In this document: positions 25,553-37,490 of the stretch, piece by piece
Layout: each line of letters opens with the position of its first letter
How positions within the stretch are numbered: position 1 is the first letter of the stretch
Source: Azolla caroliniana
Taxonomy: Eukaryota > Plantae > Polypodiophyta
DNA length: 64,000 nt
NCBI GenBank assembly: GCA_043228905.1
Contig: JBHGNT010000069.1
Coordinates: 62,001-126,000, forward strand
Direction of reading: 5' to 3'
Program-made: the position numbers and the translations under genes
The notes under the pieces: model-generated
The model's database searches: none
What the model saw: only the letters and a program-made list of their open reading frames with translations
What the model was told of the DNA's origin: nothing

Positions 25553-27087
25553 TATAAAATATCCTCTTATGATTATTTATGCATGAACTAGTTACTAATT
25601 TGGAGAATGAGATTTATGTAATGATATTTCATGCTATAGATAATATTTATCTGTGTCTGATGAGCTACATTGGAATTACTTTTTTGACAAATAGACCAAT
25701 TTGGGCACTTGTGTGAACATGTGTTTAATTTAGGTAAAACTTAGTTTAGTCACTGCCATCATGTGGAATTGGTACTGTAGCTTTTTATTTTCTATGGACA
25801 ATATTTATTTTCGTTTGGTGAGCCAAAGTACCATCACTTTTTGGTCGAATAGCCCCATTTTTGTGTGAGTTCGTGTTTAGTTTAGGTGTAACTTACTTCC
25901 ACTCAGTCATTACTATTGTGAAATGCACAAAGGTACACCACACTATCGTAGCTTGTTTTTTTCTTGTATAATGTTTGGATGTAACCTATTTCCATCCATT
26001 ACTGTGTGAACAGAGCTACCATGTAGAATTACCACCATAGCTAGGCTGTGTATTCGCCTGTGAATGTGCCTCTTGTACCTAGGCTGTGCATCTCCATCTT
26101 ATTTGATGGATGATAGAGAGCTTTGGTATGACTGGGTCACTGGATTGTAAAACATTTATCGAATTATTTTCATACATAAATATATAGCCATGCAGTTTAA
26201 AACACAGCATCAGTGAACTACCACAATGCCACATTGTAGATAATCGTTGTTTACAGTATTATGATCATATCATAATAATATATCCATAATCAGAACACAA
26301 CCATTATGGATATATTTTGGTTGCTCATTATTGCTCGTGGTCAAGTTCTCCTAAAACCATCATATACATGGGTAAAATAATTATAGCCAGGTTACTCATT
26401 GTATCAATGACAGTAGCTCTAAGATTAAAACATATGGATCAGACTGGAGCCTGTAGATAATTTAATGGATTGATTAATACGAGTTTACTAACTTTACATG
26501 ATTTTTCTTTTAAATGTGAGCATGAAGGCAAACCTCCAAGGCCATAAAATTAGCCAATAGAGATATATTGAACTGGTTTATAGATTTTCAGCAAAGCACA
26601 AACTTTACTTGTTCGTCACAAGGATGATAAACCAACAAAAAATCAAATCAGCTCGTTAAGCAATGTTATCCTAATTCAAACAATTTGCTGAATGGCATAG
26701 GTGAGTATTTATGGGATACAAATCTTCCGAGAATACACTACCTTCTTTGGTTTTAATTAAATGTTACAAACCAACCCTTAGCAAATATATGGTCTCCTTT
26801 CAATAGAACCAGTCTTTGTTGCTCATTACCAAACCTATATCAAGTTTAAACAGATTTCTAACAAACCGAACCTGTTGCAACCTGCCCAAATCATTGAAAT
26901 AATCATTCATCAGCTTGCTATAAAAGGCTGCTCTCAATCCAGGGGTGTTGCAATGGCATGTTAGAAGACCCATGCTAATGTCTTACACTGTATGGATGAG
27001 TGCATGAATCATTTGAGAGACTAAAGATATGGAATCGAAAACTGGCAAATCCTTCTCCTTTATCAACTTTTCCCACTGTTGGAAATT

Positions 27088-30000
27088 CTAGATATCAAGA
27101 AGTGCAATACCTGCCTTCTTCAAATGCGGAAGTACCTTTTCTGCAACTTGGTTGATCTCTTCTTCTCTCTCTTCAAGAAGTTCTTGATAAGCATTCTCCA
27201 ATTTGCCCTCAGGGTCCATATCCACAGCTGCATCGAGATGTGCTGACCCTGCATCTGTTTTCTTGGCTACACCATCATGAGTATCCATAGGTGATTGCTT
27301 GACCTTGAACATTACAAACGTCCGAGAGCTATCATATTCATTTTCTACATCAACCAATTGCTTATGTTTTCCCACGTTGGAACTCTTTGAGCTTCCGAAG
27401 ACTTCAGTCTTCACAAATGATGATATCAAACTCCGGAACACTGCTACAGCTTCATTGCCTCTATGCATCATATGGAGATAAATGAGCACTTGCCAACAGT
27501 ACAGAAACTGCAGTTTGCAAATTTTTAACCCTTGCTTCACTTTCTCAACAAGGTCATGTGATGGCATCCATTCCCGAGGATTTGTGAGGACTGATTGTGG
27601 CTTATAATTTAGCAATTTTCTAAGAACATCATACAATCCTAATCTTACTGGCTCAAATGTTATTAGACGCATTGTATCCATACACTCCCTAACAACTTGT
27701 AGATCATTAGATGGCTCCTCCATAGTAACCTCAAAGCTACCTCGCTCCAATGCTGTTTTGTAAACTGCTTCCAAGAGGTAGACACCATTTTGCTGATGTT
27801 GATAAGGGGGAAGAACGAGGATCTAAATGCAGCACAACATTTAATCAAAATTATGGAAGATTCTAACAATGGACGATTAAATTTGATCAGGAGTCTAATA
27901 TTGATAACTTGCCTGGCTAACACGAAGCCTCGTGCTGTCAGGATATCTGAAGAATCTGTATACAGTACAAAAGCCAACTAATCTCCACTGGCTCGCAAGC
28001 TCACTTGATTCCTTCTCTAAGCACACATACACCTCCCACCTCGGATCTTTCTTGTCAATGGGCGTTGCAGCTATTAAGAAACCCTTATATTAGATCTTAA
28101 ATTTACAGATTACGAAAGCCCTTAACTCACACAAATTAATCTAGAATAGTTTGTATTTACACCTACCCCAGATATAAATAGAATGCCTAACGGATGAGAA
28201 ATAGTGAAGGATTTATCAACGATATATAATATAAAGAGACTGCCAAACAGATGAAAATAAGAAATTTAAAGAAAAAATAGTAAAGGAAAACTAAATGAAA
28301 GGTATGCATACAAACCAAAAAGTACTATTCATTTCTTGAAATGGAGCAACATTCAATAAGCCAAAAAGTATGATTCATTTCTTGAAATGGAGCAACATTG
28401 AATAGACTTGCAGAATTATAGTTCAGCCTTTTACCAAACAATGATTCAAATCATTGCAACTAAATGATTGCCTAAACAAAAAGTAGACACTAACAGCACG
28501 CAACATTAATTTGACTGAAATGTTCAATCTGAAATCAGTTTTGCACAGAACAAACTGAATATTCAAATTTGGACGATAGCTCTGCCATTATAGACGAGAA
28601 AGGTACACTTCAAAATATATCAAGATAAGTTGCATACATCAACTGGAAAACTAACGTATGGGTTTCAATAGTTTGCAGGAGAACCAGGCAGAACAACCAT
28701 TACCTTCAATGAAAAGAAGTGCTAAGGGTGTCAAACGTGAGTGCCAGTCATTGACTTCACTCATGGTCAAATCATCCATCAAAAGAATCTGTAGGCAAAA
28801 AACGGGATCAATAACTTGATCAAACTCATTGTAATGAATATAACATAGTTCACCTCCAAGTTGATGGATAGACTTCATCGTTAGGTTCACTATTGCAAAA
28901 TCGATAATGCAACTAATATCTAATGTCATATGTTGAATGTCTATTTCATTGTTAATATACATGCAATGCTATATTTTATGCGAGCATATCTTCACGTCAG
29001 GCAAATGTGTGTTGAATATTCAATTATATAATCTATTACATGTCAATTATTCAAGCAATAATCAGATTTTGGGGAAGTTAACAAAAACTGAGCTCAATGT
29101 CCCAAAACCTTAGACATGATCATAACCACAGACACACTTCAGCTGCACTTGCCATAGATATTTGGTGCATTGAATCAGATGCTTCTGATGCAAGCAGATA
29201 GAGCAGTAAGACTTTAGGCCCAGATTTCACAAACCAAATGCCTGTACGTTATCCACCATCAGAACCGTTCTTAAACATTTGGACTTTTTATTTGCATTTC
29301 TAATGTCAAAATCCCCAAATTTTGCACCTCAGGATCATTGATACTCTGATGAATTTCATAGCATGGATAAAAAATCCATTCAGATGTGAATTTATTCACA
29401 TAAAACAACATCCTCTATACATATACAAAACAATATACATACAATATATATCACACAGTTTTAGAGCAATTGTTCCATATGATGTGAACTAGAGGCTTAA
29501 AATGACAATATTATGTATGTTTACTGAATATGAACTAGCTCTTTGAATCCATAAATAACTACTGAGTTTCCAAAAAATTAAACTTTTTACGCCATTAAAA
29601 TTCCCAGATATAAATTATTTCTCTTACCTCCTTTCCGACATCAGTAGAATCATGAGCTGCCTTGATCCAGCCTTTATTGGGCTCATTTGACATCTTCCAA
29701 GCAAATAACCTCTTCCCGTGCTGATGGATAACATCACTGCATTTTGCCAATCATTTAATAATAACAATTCATTGAATAAATAATGGATATAACCATAGAA
29801 CGTAATATACGTGTTCGTGCAAGCATTCAAACGTTTGAAAATGAACACGTTTGAAATGGGAAAAATGTGTGCTCCTTTTTTTTTATAAATTTCATTTATT
29901 GCCATTACAAATAGACTCACCCTAGTGATATGTTGTCATGCTACTGCTGTTTATGTCTTGGGTTCGATTCCCAATTTTCTCACCTTTCTCTCTCTAGTGT

Positions 30001-33000
30001 TATGTCATAGCAAAAATTTTATGTTAGTATCATTTTAGTTTTTTTTTTCTCCTTATTATTAGTAATTAACTCAACCTAATGGTCAATTGTCATGCTACTA
30101 TTGCCTATGTCTTGGGTTCAATTCCCAATTTTCTCATATCCTCTCTACTCAACCTAATGGTCAGTTGACATGCTACTATTGCCTGTCTTCGGTTCAATTC
30201 CAAATTTTCTCATATCCTCTCTTTAGTGTCATGGCATGGTTAAAATTTTATGTTAGTGTCATAATGGTCAGTTGACATGCTACTATTGCCTGTCTTCGGT
30301 TCAATTCCAAATTTTCTCATATCCTCTCTTTAGTGTCATGGCATGGTTAAAATTTTATGTTAGTGTCATAATGGTCAGTTGACATGCTACTATTGCCTGT
30401 CTTCGGTTCAATTCCAAATTTTCTCATATCCTCTCTTTAGTGTCATGGCATGGTTAAAATTTTATGTTAGTGTCATAATGGTCAGTTGACATGCTACTAT
30501 TGCCTGTCTTCGGTTCAATTCCAAATTTTCTCATATCCTCTCTTTAGTGGCATGGCATGGTTAAAATTTTATGTTAGTGTCATGTTCCTTTTTTTTCTTT
30601 CTTTGTTATTAGAAATTACCTCACCCTAGTGGTAAGTTGTTATGCCACTACTGCCTATGTCATATTTTCTTCATATTCTTGAATATACATTTTATGAGTT
30701 TTTGAAAGTTTGATTATAATTTATAATGACATATTTTGATTCAATCTCTATAGTTCATACTCATTTTTTTGTAAAGTTCTAAAGTGAGGAGGATAGAGAT
30801 GTCTTCATTCTTAATTAAGAAGCATCCCAAAGGCATGCATGTGATACGATGCAAATATTGCAACCATACTTACGTTGCTGGTTCACAATGGATTAGAGTC
30901 CACTTATTGGGGTTGAGAGTGAATCAATATATAATATAGACCATAGTCAATCCAAACCAACTTTGAGATGATTTACCATATACACGTTTGATTGAATCAT
31001 TCTCGAATGCGAATGCACGTATGTTACGTATGGTTCATTCTATGGATATAACATTGTAAATGCTACAAGGCATACCTCATGGAAGCACTTGATGTCAGTT
31101 CCTGGAGAAAAGCTTCCCTATCTTCAATTAGACCCTCCCCTAGCAATTCCTAGAAGAACAATTGAATGTAAAAAGATACACTACTTCCATCAATTGGACT
31201 CAACAATATTACCAAGTGTTCTTCTTAAAACATCAACGGCAGTCGATGGAAATGTTACACAAACAGAAAGGGAGATTTTAAGAGCTTAAAATAGAGATCC
31301 ACATAAGTACAGACATTTGTATATATGCATGTAGCCCATATGTAATATTCTGAGCATATTACCAAAATAAAAGATAAAACCAACGATAGCATCATACTTC
31401 AATAAAGACAAAACAATGCCTATTATTTCCATCATAATACCCATATATATTGTTGACAATAATCAACATAAAAATAATATTTAAGCAGCTGTTCTAGCCC
31501 AGCTTGTTGACCAGAATCAACTGCCAAATACAATTCAGGCTGTTCAGAAAAGTTTTGGTCCTTTCGGTGTTTGATGGTAATCAAAAGCTTTTTCTATATT
31601 TCTAAAGTCTAGGTCATTTCCAGTAACTTTAAAATGAACTCACCTTGAAAGCTTTCTTCACATCTGTTACTTTCTGCATCCCACCACTTGATTCCTGTAT
31701 ATCTTCCCAATAACTTTTTAGATGGAATCCTTATAATTTAGCTTTCAGTAGATGGAAATCCTAAATTTGAGGCTTAAAATTATCATGAAAGTTCGACCTG
31801 TGTGATTTCACTATGCACTATCTCCACATGAGCATAAAACGAAAGAGCATGAAACCAGATGATAATCTGCAAATCAATCAGAGAGTTCGCATGAAACCAT
31901 GAAGTAAGTAAATGGTCTACATTTTACAAAATTTTCATCTACTACCTTAAGATCCTTGTAGCCAAATATTTTTCCCTCTTCACCAAAAAGGCGCTCTGCA
32001 AAATCTGGAGCAAACTCTGGGATTCTTCCCAATCCTTCTTCCATATCCTTTCGAGAGTGCACTGCATCATTATCAAAACAATTTCAACAGTACAAAAAGA
32101 ACACCATTGGTACATACAGTCATGACACTGAGGAAAGTAATCAAATGGAACGAAGTCAAGAGATCTAATTCTAACAGTTGAATTCATATAAATAGGTTTC
32201 ACAGAAAAATTTGGAATTATACACAGAATTATAGATTCAGATTTCATAGTCAAAAACAATTTCATAACACAGGAGCTGGAAGCCTATAGTCTGAATAGCT
32301 AAATATTCTATTCTAACATCAACATTAAACCTATCAGACCGTACTCATAACATAACACCATCAAAAACTATTTGACATAAACATCATATTCATCAAATTC
32401 CTTTTAGGATATTGTTGCTGAATATCAATTTGCACCTAACACATGAGAGTTTTCAAAAAAAAACTTAAATGTACAGAAGGCAATGATAGCATTATTCCAA
32501 GCTATAAGCATAACAGTTGCCACAGGAATGATACCCAAATTTGGCATATCTTGTGGTATTCGAATATAAACACAAGTTAGCATGCATAGCAATCTTATCC
32601 CATGAGAAAGTGTCAAATACTACATGCTACAACACATTGACAACTCCATGATCTGGCTTTCCAAATACCTATCAAGAATGATTTGGCGACAAAAACATAT
32701 GAGCATGTGATAAAGGGAGAGCTCAGCACCTATCATATAAAGCCAAATGTTCTTTTAACCTATGTTTACTTTCATTTTTCAACATTATATTCAAACCCTT
32801 ATGGAAGCCATTATATTCCCATGAGAAAGTGTCAAATACTACATGCTACAACACATTGACAACTCCATGATCTGGCTTTCCAAATACCTATCAAGAATGA
32901 TTTGGCGACAAAAACATATGAGCATGTGATAAAGGGAGAGCTCAGCACCTATCATATAAAGCCAAATGTTCTTTTAACCTATGTTTACTTTCATTTTTCA

Positions 33001-34591
33001 ACATTATATTCAAACCCTTATGGAAGCCAGTCTGCTAAGAAGGTTACACTGATATTACTAAACACTGGACCACATCGAAATCCCTTCACAAAGTTCTAAT
33101 CAGTTGAGTGTAATTTATTCTGAGGTTGATAAAAGTATGATAGAGTAGGACAAACAATGTATGATAGAGTAAATTCTTTGAGTAGAGTGCTCGTAAACCT
33201 CTATGTAATGCTGCATGGTCTTCTACATACTTTGAAGTTCTCTTTGTGCAAGCAGTTCATTATTGATCTCATTATACAGTTTTCGAGAATCCATCAAATA
33301 GTTTGACAATAAGGTTAGTACTGGACTATTCAAGAGCAGAATAAATACACCGGTGAATAGAATACAATAAATGCATTTCTTCATTGGTATATTTATTCTG
33401 CTCTTGAATAGTCCTGAGTTTGAAAACAAGATTAGTACGTGCATTGCTATAGTTCATTTCATTACTGTTCACCTTATTCTTCACTTCAAATAATTTAGAG
33501 CACAGTTAGTATGTGCACACAAAGAGAAAGTTCTCACCGAGGCGCAATGTGATGCAGGTATTTGGATCCACACCAACATCTACATGGAGCAAAAAAGAAA
33601 AAGCAATGAGAAGATTAAGAAACTGCGAAGTATACCAATTGACAGCTACTGAATTCAGGGAAATCATATCCAATACAGATTGTGGTACTTACTTGATTCA
33701 AGAAAAGATTAAAAAACTGCAGTGAATGCAGAAGTAATACTTTGATGAGGAAAAAAGAAATGAAATGATATGACAACACCAATGCTACAAAAGCTACTTA
33801 ATACAGAAGAAGAAAATATGAGCATGAAACGGTCCAGCACAGATGATACTGATTAAAAACTGCCTACCATAGAAGAAGGAAACGTGAACATGAAACGATT
33901 CCAGAAACTGCAGATTATAAAGATTGAATGACAACTTAATTCAGAAGAAGAAAAATACAATGGACATGAAATGGTGCTGAAACCACAATATAATACAAAT
34001 TACTTGATTCGGAAGAATAATTATGAAGCAAGGTATTTAATTCATAAAAGCAAAAATGGACATGAAATATTAAGGAATTGCAGAGAATACAGTTTTAAAA
34101 CTCTTAATTCAGTAGAAAGGAGAACTGAAAACTGAAGGCGAAAAAGCCAACAGGAGTTAATGATTAAGAGCTATTCAATTTAGAATAGAAAAAAAGTACA
34201 GGAAAAATGTTTTCTTTTTATTCTGAATTAAGAAACCCGCAGTGAAGAAAAAAAACGCCTCTTAATTTATTCACGGATACAGATAAACAGCTATGTCAAC
34301 TCGGAAGAAATAAAAAAATGAACATAAAACAGGTGTTCTTTCAAAGCTTAATCACGAAATTCGCAAATAGAAAAGAAAACGTCCGCATCTATAACCATTG
34401 ATGAAAAGTTAGAAATGCAATGAAAAGAAGAAGAAAATACATGCAAAATCAGAAGAAGGAAGAACGGATGGAACGAAGCGATGGTGTACTAAGTACTTAC
34501 TCGCAGAAAAGCATACTTTACGCTGGCGTTTCGCGGGTTTTGGTTGGATCTCTGAGTCTTCTGTAGGGTGTATGCGGTCGGAAGAATCCAT
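27088..34591 (-). CDS. HAG2: Histone acetyltransferase type B catalytic subunit (HAT1/HAG2 family), about 10 exons
   Basis: Exons approx 34591-34501, 33579-33538, 32061-31946, 31866-31798, 31694-31644, 31150-31077, 29736-29627, 28788-28703, 28070-27913, 27822-27088. Peptides [77 protein letters not shown]. Confidence 0.9.
29916..30660 (+). repeat. Tandem array (four 107 bp units plus diverged flanking units) with tRNA-type A/B-box-like motifs, in a HAT1 intron
   Basis: AATGGTCAGTTGACATGC units start at 30156, 30263, 30370, 30477. Flanking units have CCTAGTG/CCTAATGG and GGGTTCGATTCCC (about 29960). Confidence 0.85.
32599..33029. repeat. Perfect ~212 bp tandem duplication (period 219) in a HAT1 intron
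   Basis: CCCATGAGAAAGTGTC...ATGGAAGCCA occurs twice, separated by TTATATT filler. Confidence 0.92.
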
Positions 34592-34736
34592 GGGAGCTGA
34601 GAAGAATCGGAGAGTTCAAAACGAAAACAAAACAAAACAAATAAACCAGAAGAAGAATAAGATTTCCCGCGTTCGGGAAAACCTTCGTTTCTGTCTTCTT
34701 CGTGCTGGTCTTTCTTTTCTGCTGAACCTTTCTCTG

Positions 34737-34738
<2 letters not shown>

Positions 34739-34773
<35 letters not shown>
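34739..34773. repeat. (CT)n microsatellite in the HAT1 5' region
   Basis: Direct reading of the dinucleotide run. Confidence 0.95.
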
Positions 34774-34777
<4 letters not shown>

Positions 34778-35649
34778 GCATGTAATTCCTTTAGAGTTTA
34801 CTAGTGAAAACTCAACACACGGAAATAATAACAAAAGGAAATGGGCACTCAAGAAAACACATACAACAAGGCACAAACCTTTGGACACTGCCCTCCAAAC
34901 TTAGAGAACGTTTGCCTAACCAACTTTCCGTCCGAAGAAGACCGTACCATTCACCCAGCCTTGCCCCGCCCATATGTCCCAATGTCCCGAAAAATGTGTC
35001 GCCCACTCTTAGGAGAATGAGAAGCATTGATCGTTCCATTGATTACACCACATTGTTTTTGTCTGGAATTGTTCCCCCTTGTACACCCGAGTAAAACTGA
35101 TGCACATCTTCCTTCGTGCATATGCTTTGTCGGGTGAGCATGTCCATCCATAATAAAAGTGCCATCCAGCCACGTGCCATCGACCCTTGCCGAATAAAAT
35201 GTTAGATGTGTTACTCTCATCCTATATTAGTGCCTCCTTTAGACACCAATTGCGAGATTTGTGATTGGACGTCGAATAAAAAGCAATGTCGTTCCAATTT
35301 ATAAGATTAACGCATATTCTTCTACAAACCACGATGTTGGTGGAAAAATGTGTATGTGTGTATGGAGTTTTGGTCTTCAATTTAAGCCAAGGGTAGACCT
35401 ACAAAAGATGCTTATTGAAAATGTTATATGTTGGTTGATTCTTCAAATGAGAACGATATCTTTAGTCTAATTTGTGTATGATGTGGTGAATGATTGTAGA
35501 CAAGGAGACATCCCATTATAATTCCTTGTGCAATTTTAAGGGATTTGTTTCAAGATGTAGCGAAAAAATTAGCGATGAAGGAAAAGGGGAATTCTCTGAT
35601 CAAATGGACAAAACAAAGTATGATGATCACATAGAATGTGTGATAATTG

Positions 35650-36330
35650 TGCTCTAGATTAAAAATGGACGAGGTTTAGATGGTTGTGTTATGTGAGTCA
35701 TGGGATGTTTTATGTATAGTTGAGCATAAAGATCATCACAATACCATACTAGTTGGTTGTTCTATGTACATTATGTTATGTTGGCAAGTGTTTGAGGGGA
35801 TTATTCAAGGATCGTGACGTTTATTAGAAATAGTTTTTGGCGAAAATATATTGTTTTCAATGGAATTGGAAGATTTATGGTGGTTGAAATATGTTATGAT
35901 CGGCAAGTTCTTAGGTTAGTTCGTGTGTATGCATCTAATGTTTCACAATAATGGAAGTTATTACGGAAGTCGTTAGTTTCGATGCTTGAGAATGGTGGAC
36001 CATGTTTATTGATAGGAGATTTTAATGTTTGTTGTGAGCCATGTCAATCAACATCTATTCATTTTGTTGTGTATGGACCATAGGGTCCCCGGTCAATAGC
36101 GGGGGAAGTTTTATGACCGGCAAGTTCTTAGGTTAGTTTGTGTGTATGCATCTAATGTTTCACAATAACATAAGTTTTTACGGAAATAATTAGTTTCGGT
36201 ACCTAAGAATGGTGGACCACGTTTATTGATAGGAGATTTTAGTGTTTGTTACGAGGCATGTCAATCAACATCTATTCATTTTGGTGTGGATGGACCATAC
36301 GGTCAATAGTGGGGGAACTTTGAGACAAAT
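35650..36330 (+). mobile_element. Degenerate L1-type LINE APE endonuclease fragment with an internal ~217 bp tandem duplication
   Basis: Conceptual peptides WDVLCIVEHK, GRFMVVE, VYASN, GPCLLIGDFN; 35896-36112 is repeated at 36113-36320. Confidence 0.65.
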
Positions 36331-36518
36331 GTTATATTAAGGGATATACGAACATGATAGGATAAGATGTTACTCATGATTGTCTACATAATATTTTCTT
36401 TTGGACTTTCTCTATTTCAATTCATGCATTAAGTGAGATAGTGCAACCCCACACCCCCATTCCACAAAGCAACACTTGAACTACCATAACATCGAATAAC
36501 ATCAACCTCACTTCCCAT

Positions 36519-36973
36519 TGTTACGGGCATGACCATATAATATCCCGTGGTAAGAATTTACCGTAGTATTCTATACACGTGGATAAGTGTGAGGGTTAAA
36601 TGAGAGTGTAAAGAAGGGGAGGATTACTTTTAATCCTCGGGATTGAGACAACCCATTAGGTCAAGTGTGAACTTGCCTGGGGGCCTTGGGTTTCGCTATA
36701 AATAAGAGGCCTAGCTACCCTCATTGGATGATCTCTTGACTACATCGAGACTCTGCTCGTGTGGTGGGTCAACTCTTGTAGCGAGCGCGCCAGCACCAGG
36801 TACGACTCGACGCCACGGCGGTGGTATGGGACGCCGATCGAGGCTCGAGTCCGTCTCGATCCCTTCGCTCGGGGGTGGTCGGGTGGATCGGCACCCTTCT
36901 TTCTCTTTCTCCTTTCTATCTATCTTTTCATTATCCTTATCTTAAGCTTACATTAGTATCTAGATCTATAATA
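36519..36973 (+). repeat. 5' LTR
   Basis: TGTTACGGG...TCTATAATA; TATAAATA at about 36697; followed by the PBS. Confidence 0.97.
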
Positions 36974-37214
36974 TTTGGTATCAGATTTTTGTACTAATGT
37001 TTCTTTGTTTTTCATTTGTCTTTTGATTGATGCTGATCGATCGTTGTGCGGTTGGCCTTGATCCAGACAACGATCAACAAAGAACTTCGGTAACTCTTTC
37101 CAGAATTTTTCTTTCTATTCTCTCTTCTCCCATCTAATCATGTGTTTAGTTTATATGTAATTTTTTTCATTAAGTCAATGATGTTGTAGTGGTCTTTAAT
37201 TGATTATCTAAAAC

Positions 37215-37490
37215 GTTTACATATGTGCACGAGGTCAATACCTCGTTTGACATATTAATAATATGTGATGAGTGTCGTATGCGTACGAGGTTAATACCTC
37301 AATTACGTATTACGTTCACGAACATATGTTACGTTTGCGTATGAGTTTAATACCTTGATTTGTTGTAAACGATATGCGTTTGGTCTCGTATGCGTAAGAG
37401 GTCAATACCTCCATTGCGTATTACGATGATCTCTTATTTGTGGATGTTTCGTGTGCGTAGAGGTATATACCTCGATTACGTATCTCGATC
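37215..37490 (+). repeat. Array of five ~56 bp hairpin units in the retrotransposon leader
   Basis: GAGGT-N4-ACCTC cores at 37231, 37287, 37343 (degenerate), 37398, 37460. Homologous cores in the second copy at 15141, 15085, 15029, 14973, 14911. Confidence 0.9.

Noticed and set aside
36724-36956. Short ORFs repeated in each LTR (MWWVNSCSERAS...)
   Set aside because: They recur only because the LTRs are repeats; GC-rich frames with no coding evidence.
36519-36973. Retrozyme-type hammerhead ribozyme in the LTR
   Set aside because: No CUGANGA...GAAA core with flanking helices found by eye.
37215-37490. CRISPR array interpretation of the palindromic repeat/linker pattern
   Set aside because: Eukaryotic retrotransposon context with no cas genes; the repeats are degenerate and the linkers are homologous between the two element copies.
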